The notes beneath the pieces are model-generated. The model had not been told where the DNA came from, searched no databases, and saw only the letters and a list, made by a program, of their open reading frames with translations. A stretch of DNA of 63,967 nucleotides, taken from NCBI GenBank assembly GCA_973851085.1, contig OZ316775.1:2914001-2977967 (forward strand), given 5' to 3'. The stretch comes from Ptychomitrium polyphyllum (taxonomy: Eukaryota). Shown here one piece after another: positions 51,501-63,967 of the stretch; position 1 is the stretch's first letter, and each line of letters opens with the position of its first letter. Position numbers and translations under genes: made by a program.

Positions 51501-52300
51501 TGCGTTCTGTTTTGGCTTGGTTGTTTTTCTTTTTCTTTTATTAGCATTGGGGTCTCTGCGCCTCTTTTGTTCCCAACAAAGGACAAAAAACAAATTATCA
51601 TCAACACTTTTGAGGAATATTCCCGTTGCCCATTTCAGGAAGCTTAGCAGGCAGGGACTGTGCATACTAGCACTTAAGTGAGAATGAAAAAGGAACAAAA
51701 CTAGGGGAAAGGTTGGACTAGCTTGCGAGGGGAGGGGAGCTGATGATCAGCCGCCAGCGGCATCCTTGGCAAGAAAAGAAAGGGCGAGGAATAATGTGCA
51801 TGCAGGTCGGTCAGGGACCAGCTAACAGCGTGGTATAATTAGGCAGGCACAGCCATCCCCTCCAAACCAGCGGTAGCATTTGTAGACTGTGGCAAGGATT
51901 CATTGGTTGGAGCTGCGGAGCCGGAGACCTTGCTGCAAGCGGCCATTGGTTTCAACGAGAAGGCCCATTAGTTTAATATTATTTTCAGGCTCTGCATTGG
52001 AGTGCTATGTTTAGTGCTACTCTGGCAGCGTCATCGCCCCAGGCCCTGCGCGTTCGGAGTGTCGTTTGCGGACGTGGTGGCTACAATGAACGCGTTCTGA
52101 TGATGAGCGTGTCACCCCGAATAAGTAATAGTGGGGGTACTGATTCCTGGTTCTCATCCTTAAATTCCCCTCGTCATGTGCCAACCTTCTTGGGGTCCTG
52201 GAATCCGGGGCATCTCATTAGTAGGCTGGCATTAAAGAATAGCCCAGTGCCGGACCCTAAAGGCTATGTTTGTAAGAGCCTTCAGAATTTATACCACCTT
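48600..52300 (-). mobile_element. Possible decayed non-LTR (LINE-like) element or other coding relic
   Basis: GC-richer block inside AT-rich DNA. The minus-strand remnant MVNLSSLFRP*FRSFVALQG and a downstream Cys/Lys segment loosely recall plant L1 ORF1. No endonuclease or RT motif was recognised. Confidence 0.25.
49257..49319 (+). repeat. 21-bp tandem repeat, 3 copies (AGTTCTGCAGCGTGCAAATCG)
   Basis: Units start at 49257, 49278 and 49299. The first unit has two C>T changes. Confidence 0.9.
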
Positions 52301-52456
52301 CAACACCTTCGCAGACCAGACTCCGCTGGAGTTCATTAAATTTCATTTTACTTAGAGTTCTACAATTCTTATAATTTTGAAACAAAATGAAATGTGACTT
52401 ACTTTACAGTCACTTTTACTTTGTTTTAACACAGACGGTAACATGTTCATTGCAAG

Positions 52457-54028
52457 GGAGAAACCGACACAAAGCAACCATCCGCCGGATAAATAAAAGT
52501 AGAGTCTCATCAAAATCGGAAACTAAATCTCCATTTCTTTGATGTTTTGTTTACACACTAATCATCAGGTTTTTGTATTTATACTTTTCATTCCATTTCA
52601 TTCTTACATGCTCTTGGAATTTATTTCCAAAGATACTTATTTTCATCATATAAATCACATTGACTCTTTGTCTGGACTACAGTGCAGGTTGATACGGCGC
52701 TAGGAGGGCGGGAGTTGGAGCTCGGAGAGTTGTGCCACAGTGCCCGAGGTCTTGCTTAGTGTGTAGGTCAAATGCAAAAGCAAATCCTTGCTTGGGATCA
52801 CAGCGTCTGACTGACTTGCACTGGGCAGCAAGAATTGCCAGCCCTGATTGTGGTTGGGAATCACCTAGCCGTCAAAATGAAGAATTTATAAGGTTACCAT
52901 AACAATGGAATTGTTTTGACATGTCCTTTAAAATAAAAAAGTAAATATAAATACTGAGAATTTACACTGAAATTTAAGACTGTACACCTCAGCTATTCAG
53001 TCATGCCATTTACTTATTTCTTTCTCTGGATTTGAAGAATTACCAAATTCAATTAAGAATTTAGAAAAGTAAGATCAGCCAGGGTCCTAAGCTGTAAACT
53101 TTTTTATGCTGCTTGTAGCCAGTTTGCTGTCCTAAAGATGTGCTGGATATTCTAAACAAAATATTTTTAAAATATGTTTTTTTAAAGTAATTCAACTAAA
53201 GTGTTCTATGGATAAAATCCTCAAGTATATTGTATTAAAAAGGTGCCCACAACTTTGCATAGGAGCATCTTTCACCCTACCCTCAAATTATGTGACTGGG
53301 TCGTATGTAATTTAAACTGATTTGAAGACCAATAATTAGCTTTGTTCACATAAGATTGTATCTTTTGAGTTAAGTTGAATACTACTATGATTGGTTGCCA
53401 TTACATTGAATTAGTTTACTTAGCCTAATTCATTTTGCTATTTTCTTCATTAATTACTCACAACCCATCGCGTCAAAACAGATACATGTATAGTCAAATT
53501 TTACCAAGATATTATCTACGTATTACTGAGAATTACCTGTCTAATAGGAAAAAAGTTTGGTTACACACCAAAAAAAAGGGCCATCAGTCCCACGCCTGGA
53601 AAGGGAGTGATGAGAGTGGGTTGAAGTTTCCAACAGGGTGAGTGTTCAGGCATGCTATTACAATAATACATGATTATGCACACTGTAGTAGCACAGCATC
53701 ATCCAGATTGAACCATCTTTTGTAAAATTAGCATAATGCACCAAAAGAGGCCTCTGTTGGTCTGAAGTTACTGTGCCTTCACAATTACAACGGGATTAAC
53801 TGTAGGATCCCTACCAGTGTGCAATTTAGAGAAATATTCGGAGTCACAAACATAGGAACAACTCAATTTTCCATTCTAGCTTTTTGCACACCTCAGAAGA
53901 AATTATACAATCAAATAATATCCTCAAGTAAGTGGTTTAGTTTCATTTTTCTTGCAGGAAACCTCCCCAAGTTTGTAACTTCGTATCCACCTTCCAAGCA
54001 AGGTTTTGCCAGGTTTATGCGGGGTTAG
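52457..54028 (+). pseudogene. Unidentified multi-exon gene relic
   Basis: Short GC-richer blocks bounded by AG/GT-like sites. ..GHQSHAWKGSDESGLKFPTG|IPTSVQFREIFGVTNI|GNLPKFVTSY..* joins in phase, but one donor reads GA. The family was not recognised. Confidence 0.35.
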
Positions 54029-57000
54029 AGCGCCTCTCCATGTAGCAACCTTCCCATAATTCATTACAGCTGAACCCTTCACAATTTACACTAGTTTGTG
54101 TTTGGCATGATGTAAGATTGAACTGTAGTAGAAAGTCATATTAAATGGATCATAACCATGTATTTATATAACATCCTTAGGTCATAGAGTTGAGGGTTTC
54201 TATACATCCAAATATTTCATTATATATTCCCAATTTTTTACTTTAATTGCATAGATGTTCTCCTCATTTAAAAATCACCACCACAAAAAACTTATAAATA
54301 GAAAATAAGCATTAAGTATATGTTAACATTCATGGTGTATTTTGGTTATTCCTACTATTTGACTTCAAAGAAGATGTTTGAAAATTTTGTTTTACATAGA
54401 ATTAAGAACATTATATGACATATTTGTCATTTTTGTGTGAATATTGGTTAATTTTTAGAAATGTTAAAAATGACTAAAATACATGTTAATTGGATTATAA
54501 ATCATTCATAAATGCTTTTCATTCCTCAAAAAAATTCAATATCTTTTGTAGAGACAAGTAAATTTTGTTGTACATAATGAAAAACATGTGAAATTCTTGA
54601 AATAATCATAAAAAAAAAATCCTACAACCCTAAGTAGTTAAAATAACTAGTAGAAATTGAAATTGAATAGTTCTTTAAAGTGTTGCTTTCATGACATTGT
54701 ATATGTAAGTAATGTAGTTCTTTTTAGACTTGTTGAAGATATATTCTAGAAAATTAGTTTGGTGAGAGCTATGTAAAGCTCCATTGTACTCAAAATTTGA
54801 ATCTAAATTGTTAAAGATGTAAAAATGAATTGCAATGTGAAATTATTAAAAAATATTTATTAATGAATTAAAAATGCAAGGGAGAAGATATCAAAAATAA
54901 ATGTTATATTTTTTTAATTTATGAAATGGATGTGCATGCATTATCACAATAGGTTTATTCTAACATTTTACATATAGAAAAAAAACTACACACATTTAAG
55001 ATTAAATCTTTTTTTTTCTCAACATTAATAAAAGTAGTCTTCATGAATTTCAAAACAAGCCAAGAGAAGGGTTATCCTACATTGAATAAATATTTATTTT
55101 ATGCCTACAATCTACTAAAAAAAAATGCATTGTTTAATTATGACAAGGTTCAATTTTGACAAGGCATTGTAGCAAATAAATCCAAAAAAAAATAAAAATC
55201 AATGAACTTGGCATAAAGAAAAACAAGATTCTTTTCTTTTAACCATACTTATTTAAAATGGAAAAGGTTTTAAATTGTAGCTTAATGAGAGTGTACATTT
55301 CATTCGTAATTGAAATTGGAATTTTAAAAAATTTAAAATAATTTATGTAAGAATATAAAATAATTAAGGATTGTTATCTTTCTAAAATGAAACATTGTGG
55401 TAGTTATTAAATTTAAAGGTTTTAATCTTTAAACTAGTAAGCTCTATTATATGAATCAACATTCATCATGGTTATCTTTGTAAATTATAAATTCTAATAC
55501 ATGACAATGCAATGAAAATTCCAATTTATATAATTATGGACCTTGAATTATTTTTTTCAAAAACCAAGTAATTATTGGATAATAAAAATTTACATTTTCA
55601 AATATTATTGATAATATAGAATCTTAATCATGAATAATGTGAAGTCTTTAATAGTGTGAATGAACATTTCATCATATAAAAAAATTAATGAAAAAATCTT
55701 ATTGATTAATGAAATTTTATATGGAAAATTATTTTCTAATTATTGTTAATAATATGGAACCGTGAATCATGAATATTAATATTTTTTAAATATAATAAGA
55801 AACATTAAAAATTTGAAATCTATTATAGTTGAAAGAAGTAAAAATTATAAAGTAATTCTAGTTGCAATCACCACCTATAGGATTTGAATTTGATAGGTTG
55901 CGAGCAATAAAAGAATATAAAAAAATAGGCCATATAGAGAATGGAGGCTAGAATTTAAAAAATGCAATATAGGTTTATGTAGGCGCTAAGGTTTGGCTAG
56001 TTAGAGCAATTAAAGTTGTTAGGGCAGTTAAAGCTAGGACTTGGCTACCTTTAAGTGTCTTCTTCCATTATATAAATAAATGTGTTGAAAGTAAGAGTCA
56101 TCTTCTTCCACACTTCTCTTCATACAACTTTATTTTCTTCTTGCTTATTGTAGTAGTTTTGTTGCATTTCTTCAATAATAATATTATAACATATAATAAT
56201 AACATTTATTATCTATAAACTATCAATTATAAATTAAAAAATGATTTTCAATTTGAAATAAAATCCTGCATTGATTGAAAGAAAATAATCAACTTAAAAA
56301 ATATCTATGGATTAAATTAATTATTAAAATATATTTTGAATTTGTGCATTTTTGAAGTATAAGTTTTTTACAATAAAAAAGTTGTCTAAAAACATGAATT
56401 TTTCATTTGGATAAAATGAAAAAAATCAAGCTAGGAAGAAAATGGATAAAAGAAAGAGAAACATGGACTTTGGAGGACAAATGACGGAGGTGGAGAAGAA
56501 TGGATCTTAATGATGGACAATCAAAATAATATGGTGAAAAGGAAGAAAAAACACAATTCAAAAATGAATGAAGATGAATGATGGATGGAAGAAGCCACAA
56601 AGGTAAATGATGAGGTGATAGAAGATAAAAGAAGAAAGGTGGAATAAGAAGAAGAAAAGATAGAAAAATGGAGGTTGTAGGTGGGAAAAGAAGACTTAGG
56701 GTGGTGAGAGGTGAATAGAAATGGCCCTGGATGAAAATTTGTGATTTTTTAACTTCAAGGATTTTTCTCCTCTTCTTTTTATGTTTATTATTACTTTCTT
56801 CCCTTTTAATTAAATTTTGATTTATTTTTACCTTTACATTGACTTTTGAAATTATTCATGCATCAAGCTTTTATTTATTCATATTTTAAAATTTTGATTC
56901 TTTTTATGTTCAAAATTTCCTCTTTTCTGAGTTTCAAAATTTTGACAACTTTATATTTTTAAATATATATTTTTTTAAATTCCAAAATTCCAACATCTTG

Positions 57001-60000
57001 TTATTTTAAAAATTTTGTTTCTTTTATTTCAAAGTTTGATTGTTTTAAAAATCTTGGATTTAATTTTTATTTATCTATTTTGAAAATATGGGTATTACAC
57101 TTGCAAATGATGATGTTCTATTATGTAAAGGATTATATCACAATGTATTTATTGTTATGTTCTTAGGAATTGCTCATTGGACCAAAAATGTTAAAGAATT
57201 TTATATTATGTTTTTAAAATGGCACCTTTATTGATATTAGTGATATCATTGCATAGCATAAGAAAATAAAATGGGCACTATTTGACACTATGACCTTGAA
57301 GAACGTAATTTATTTATTAGCAAATATAATTGTATTTATGAAATTTCAATGAATATTGCAATTGGTGGTATAAAACAATTCAGAGTTAATCTACAAAATA
57401 TTTGTCTAAATATTTTAAATGTATAATTTTTACTTGACCATTGTATTGCATCAAAGTTTAATCACTGCTGTAGTTTAATTGAAATCAAGTTAATAATTTT
57501 GATGAAGGGAGGTTTTACATAATATCATAATATATATTTGGAAATTAAATTTTACTATGAGTTTGTGATTGTGTGAATAGATTTTATGTATACTTCTATC
57601 TATACATATGTTTGTATATATATATATATACATAATAAAATTTTAAGTTTTTTTTAATTTAAAAAAAATTATTATAGAATTTTGCATGACATGCCAAATT
57701 GTTTGTATATTAGTAGATTTCTTTTGTGAGAGTAAATGAGATGTAGTTTCTTTGAGCTTTGTTTCAAACTGCACGAACTTATTTCAACTATTTGATGGAT
57801 AGTCCCCAATTAATTTATCTTGTCATAACCTAATTTTCATTTTTTTAATACTACAATATACTTTAAATTCTTTACCTACGTTGGATCACTTCTCTTTTCC
57901 AGAAAACGTCATGTTATTTTTCTCAACAAAGTAATAAACTTTACTGATTCTTATTTGTTTGAGAATAGTATAGTGTATAAAATAAAATCAAAACAGATGT
58001 TCATGGGTAGAGGCACTTGCTTTGGCGGTTCATTGTTGTTGATGTTTGAAAGGCAACCTACTGTCTTCTGGTCTACTCAATGCGCACAGAATCATTCATC
58101 TGTTGGGATCAAAATGGAAGAAGCTTCCTCTAGTCTTGGTTCTTGTGAGTTGAAAGAGTGCCAAGAATCATCCTGTCATGATAACAAACATGACCACAAG
58201 CCCAGTTGTGTATTCTTTTGAATAAAGCACAACCAATACAAGGGTTATAATATGAGCTTTGGATGGTGAATCCAGTGGAAAGTGAATGAAACAACAACCA
58301 AATCAACAAAATTACTAGATACTGTATTTTGTAATGTGGTGTGTCCTATCCATCCACCACTTCCCTTCAAAGTTCAGCAGATTGACCATTCCAGGGGCCA
58401 ATAGAACAAAATATTCTTACTAGTGGTCTTTTTGGATCCATTGAATCCACGCTCACTTGTAAGCTTTCCATTCATCTATCAAGTTGTATACAGTAGTAAA
58501 ATTGAGTACCAATTACATGTTCTGTGTATGGTTCATACTTATAATACCAACCCCAACTCTTGGATGATGGCAATAGAATCGTATCACATATTATCAACCT
58601 TGATGTTGATTGGATTGTGGAGGTTTCCTTATTGTATTGCTAGCACAAGTTCACAACATTGCACATGCAAGTGGTACTTATTCCTTTTAAGTCTACACAC
58701 AGAAAGACAATGCAAACCTCTTTTATGTTTCAAACGTATTCCCAGCTCTACAATGTGCTTTGTGATTTAACTTTACCCTTTGCTGCCTGCTGGTTGTGTG
58801 AACAACAAAGGAATACTTCTGGAATTTTACTTTATTCTATATTTCAATTGAATGCTGCTTGAGTGAACCATTTGTAGTATCCAGCTGTTTGAATGTGAAG
58901 TTGACTTCATTGGACAACTACTTGAAATTTGGATGCATTGGATCATTGCAAGTGATCATATCATATATTTGTACTTTAACAGAACTCTTCATTAAATAGA
59001 ACTTCCTCTTCTTGTGGTTTTATTGGTGTTTTCTAGTAATAACATTCTCCAACAATCTTTGATACAAGAATGAAGGAACTTCCAATTTTGGAGAGATATT
59101 GGAAGAGATTTAAATACCTAGGGTGAACAAAAGGTTAGCTTGGAACTTGAAAGAGCTTAGTAAAATATGGAGAGGTTCAAATTTTGAAGCTTTCCAACTA
59201 GCCTCTACATTGTAAAAGTCCTTCTTTGGTTCCCAAAAAGATACTTTAATATAAAATTTTACTTGTTTTCATAGCAAAAGCAAACTTGAACAAGGAATTC
59301 TTGCAAAACTTTCTTCTAATATGTGCACTAAAAACTAAGGACGTGAAGGATGTGTGACTTTTAATGAAGCCTTTAGTGGAAATATGTGTCATTGGAAGGA
59401 AAAAATTAAAAGTCATAACAAGAAAGCAAAAAGGTATAAGTAGGCACATGTGTCCAAAATCATAAAGGAATTTCATGGAGAATCAAAGAAAGGTAGATGT
59501 TTAAAATCAAATTTATATAAAATCTCTTTAAAATTTTTATAGTATAAATGATAGCATAAATACATGAATTAAAAATATTCATTGTAATTGATCTAGTATA
59601 CATTTGAAAGCCTTATATGTAATGGAAATAATGGAAAATATAATAAATAATGGAAGAACCTATTATACTTCTTAAGTTATATTTCAAAATGGCTTAGGAG
59701 ATTTGATAGTGTTTATAACAAAATATAAATAATCAAAGACTTGCCAAATGTAAAATAAATCCCATTGCGTTAGAATTCCTATTTCAAATGTTAAAACTAC
59801 CTTTTCGTTTAATTCATTATAATTAAAGATGAAAAATCCATGTAATTGACAAGTATCTTTTGGAAGATATGAAATGATTTGAATATTCTTTATTTTAAAT
59901 TTATTTATGCTATATTTTTTGAATGTTTTAAGTATATTTTTAAGGTATTTAGGTATTACATGGCATTTATAATTAATCATTTAAAATAAATTTTTTCTAT

Positions 60001-62959
60001 TTTTTTTCTAGTATTTTTCAAATTTTTATTTACAAAATCTCAAGTTGACATTATTGTTGATTTTATGTTATATTGGTGAATTTTCTAAGTGAACAGTCTA
60101 AGTGTGAATTTGTCAAACAAAATAAAATTCTAATCTTAATAGAAAAATATATAATAGGCAATTTTACATTCGATTTTCTATATTATTTGATTTATGAGCT
60201 ATTTTTAACATGTTTGAGGTTTAGATATATTAAGTTTTTTTTTTACTGATTTAATTTAATTATCAAAGATGATTTGCAATTGTATAATTTGATGTTTTGT
60301 TGAAAAGCATATTTATATAACATTTATAGTCTCAAATGTCATTTTATAAAAGCTGCATTATTTCAACAATGTACCAATTTCATCAACAATTCTTAGGTTA
60401 CATATGATTTGAAACTTTTATTCATTTAAGTTTTCACGGATCTTTGTGTTTATAAAATATAATACTTCTATAGTACAAATGTTTTAAACTCAAAATTTCT
60501 TTTATTTTTAATTCAATTAATTATGAAGATTCATTGTTAATTTAATCTCATAATTACTTCATCAATAATTATGTAATTTAATCTCATAATTGGTGTAATT
60601 ATATTTTTTCTTATATTTTATAATAAATAATAACAACTTATATATTACATTTGAAATAACTTTTAATTTTATTTATGTCACATAACCTAGAATTAGGTGC
60701 CTAGCCATATTAAACAATGTAGTATGATTTAATTTAGAAAGTTTTTCATTCATTTAATAAAAATTTCATAATAATTGATTTTATTAGTGCCAATCAAGAT
60801 TTCAAAGAATTTCAAGATGGAAAATTTGCTAAGTTAAGTTTTGTAAGTGTTTTTAAAACATCTTTTATTGAAGTTTGCTTAAATATGACAATTTGTCATT
60901 TTAGTCAATCTTAGGGTTCTATTGTGTCTTATATTATTGAAGTTGTCTATTATAGAATATAAACTCTTTGATTCATGTATTAAAGTTATTTTTTTGTTCA
61001 TTTTTCAAAAAAAATTCAAAGATCTTAATAGTTTTTAAATTTTTGTTTTTTTTATTCTCATCTTTGTATACATCAATTTCTAATTTGAAAAATAACTAAA
61101 ATTTCATGCTAAAGGGAATATATTTTTTAATATATTTAAAAAATTTCTTAAAGGTCTTAGAAGAAATTGAGGCTTGTTTATAGAAATAGATTAGCATATT
61201 AGGCCTAAAGCTTGCTACTTCCTTAATATACAAAGTAACAATCATAATACTTACAATTAATAGAACCTTCTACTTAGGACTCATAGAATCTTATGCCTAT
61301 GCAGATAAAATATAGAAGATTTTAGGTGATTTCGTCTTTCATTCCTTTATTTGTCTATAATCTTTTATTTAAGATCCAATTTTCATTCCTATTTCATCCA
61401 ATTTGGATGCATTTGTCTCCGGTGCATTCATTAAAGCATAATTAAGAGTTTTCAAATTGTAATGTTACAATTTGTAATTATTAAGAGCACTGAGCACTTT
61501 ACTACCATCTTATTTTTTTATATTATAGATTTTTGTGATTCATAGCCATCTATTATAGGCAAGTGCTATTAGATTTAGTTCAGTATTGAATTTTGCAATT
61601 TGTTGTATAAAAAAAAGATTTAGTTTTGGATTTTTGGATTTTGTATTTAATGTCTTTCCTTACTACTAGTTTATGGTGTTGCCTTATTTTGTGTGGTATT
61701 TAGTATATATTTTATAAATGTATTATAGAATTGAAGACTAGATAATGGTTGGTAAGATTCTTTTATATGTAGCAAGTGAACAATGCTTATTTGAATTGTG
61801 GTAACCAAGAAGTAAAGACCTGTAAATTGTAAGTTTGGTGGTTATAATAATTGAATGTTGCCATTATGCTTTTTGCTAGTTGTAAGTATCAAAGTCTTTT
61901 TTTATAATCTGTAGGAGTTGATTACTTAATATTATCAATTTTTCTCATTGAACTACTTAGAAGGTGACCACATTGAAGACTTTGAATTAGTAGAGAATAT
62001 CAATAAGGCTTTTTAGCTTATTTTGGCATTCAATACCATTAAAAGGCTTTAGGTCTTGAGCATGGGAGCATTTAACAATATAAATGATGATCCTTGCAAT
62101 ATGATCGGGAATATATTTGAAAAACAAGCATGGGATATTTTTTTGTTCCATTTGAAGTTAAGATTTTGAATTTGAATAAAAATAAAATCCCAAGGGTTCT
62201 TTTTTAAAGTAGTTTCTTTTAATTCAAAATACTTCCAATTTGGACTAGCTGTAGATACTTGAACATCTTCTAAAATGGCTCTACAATCCCAAAATATCTA
62301 AAAAATATCCAAGAACACCTAATCTTGCTTACAAATTAACTCTTCATCTAATTTAAAACATAGAAAAAGCATATATGGAAGATATAGAGGAATATTATGC
62401 ACTTTATAATACAACCTATGTACAACAGTTAAAAAAAAGTAAAAAAACCAAGAAGAAAGAGAAAATTTGAGCTGCATTTTGATATGAAGCAATACATATG
62501 AATAGAACTTTAAATTCAATATATTTTTTTTGCTTTGGCTTAAGATTTTGGAAAAGCACATGCTTAAGAAAAGATCTTACAAGTATTTTTGCAAGACATA
62601 TTATATTCAATGGATACAAGAAATTCACATATGGATTGTAATCAAGAATTCCCTCATTTATAGCCAAATGAGGATGTTGGACATAAAAATGTTGTTCTTT
62701 CTACAAATTAGCAGCTAAGATTTGTACTAATATGTATTAGGGCTAGTTATTACAAGTGCCAAAGTATAAAAGGTGTGTGCCTCATTTTGTTAGTAGTATA
62801 GTTGTTATATATTTGAACTTGATGATCTTAAAGTTTAGAAAGGCAAGCTTAGTCATACTTAGTTGAAAAATGATTATTAAATCTTTTAGTAACCTTATAA
62901 ACTAAGTAGCTTAGAAGAATATGATTTTTAAACTTGTTATTCATAATTATTGGTTAGAA

Positions 62960-63690
62960 GTTTGATTGAATTATTCAATGGCAAGTATGCTTGTATTATG
63001 GTTATGCCATCTAAAAACCATGAATTTGGCAATCAAACAAAGAATTAAATGTGTAAAGATTACCATCTGCTTAATTAGAAGACCACATTGGACAAATATT
63101 TGACGCCAATGTAGGAAGAGTTATTTAATGCAATGGAATCGGCTCAAATTTTCAATACTTTGGACTTTGTGCTATGATTATTATCAATTGCTATTATTTT
63201 TGAAAGGTGATTAAAATGGCTAGGATTACCTCTATTATTGGAAGTATCTTCAATTTTATCTCAAAAACGTACCAACTAAGTTTCAAAAGGTGATGAACTC
63301 AATTTTAGTTGATTTACTATTTGCTACATCTTACATTTATGACATTATAATCTTTAATAAGAGTCTATAGGAGTAAGTGAGGCATTTGTAGGTAGTGTTT
63401 GAATAATTATAGCAATGGAGATTATGCTAGCATTTTAGCAATTGTAAGTTTTTTCATAATTGGATATTATATTTGGACCTTGTGACTTATTTTAGTAGAT
63501 TTTGATGTTCAATAAGCAAAGGTGGACGCTTTATAAGAGGTTTCAACACCTAAAAATGTGTTGTGACTTTATGTTATTTATGAATTGGCAAATTGTTATT
63601 GCTTCTTTATCAAGAATTTTAACTTGATTGCCAACAATTTGACAATGCTTAAAGGCAAGGATCTGCCATTAATTTGGAATTGTAAGCAAT
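62960..63690 (+). pseudogene. Ancient decayed Ty3/Gypsy reverse transcriptase
   Basis: Remnants MCKDYHLLN*KT..EELFNAM..IFNTLD, LKNVPTKFQKVMNSIL and SYIYDIII (from YIDD). Heavily AT-shifted, with many stops. Confidence 0.8.
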
Positions 63691-63967
63691 AATACATCAA
63701 AGTAAATACTAGATTTAATTTTAAAGTTTTGATGTTTATGAATTTTTTTTATTAATAAGTAGTTATAATTGAAATTTTAATAATTCATAAAACTACATTG
63801 ATATAAATTACAACTTTATTTGTTACTTCAAATCTATTAGATGTATAGAATCATTCTAATCATAATAAAATCCATCAATATATTAATTTGCAAAGAGCCT
63901 TTTGTCTATTGAAGGATTAATAAATAAAATATTTTGAAATATAATTTGTTGTTTGGAATATGATGTG

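Overview
Eukaryotic land-plant genomic DNA, most consistent with a moss (Physcomitrium/Funariaceae-like; the taxon is an inference). Left to right: (1) a chromovirus-type Ty3/Gypsy element with near-identical LTRs but a dead gag-pol (1-6941); (2) an internally deleted Ty1/Copia element on the minus strand with an AGATG target-site duplication (7010-9865), apparently sitting in the 3' end of an old NLR-like paralog; (3) AT-rich transposon decay; (4) a TFIIIC B-block-binding subunit pseudogene fragment running into an intact but 5'-less prolyl 4-hydroxylase; (5) a CC(RPW8/MAEPL-like)-NB-ARC-LRR pseudogene; (6) an intact head-to-head pair, METTL13-like (-) and PPR5-like (+); (7) a short two-exon gene carrying only the ubinuclein N-terminal motif, followed by a 16-bp minisatellite built from 5' splice-site consensus motifs; (8) a GlcNAc-kinase pseudogene fused to the 3' half of a SAP18 pseudogene; (9) unidentified exon-like relics and AT-rich TE debris ending in a decayed Gypsy RT. 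No rRNA, tRNA or CRISPR array was found. All family calls are by-eye motif recognition; no database search was run. I cannot show a new biological system here. The best leads are the two gene-fragment fusions, the anchor-less P4H, the ubinuclein-motif mini-gene and the splice-donor array.
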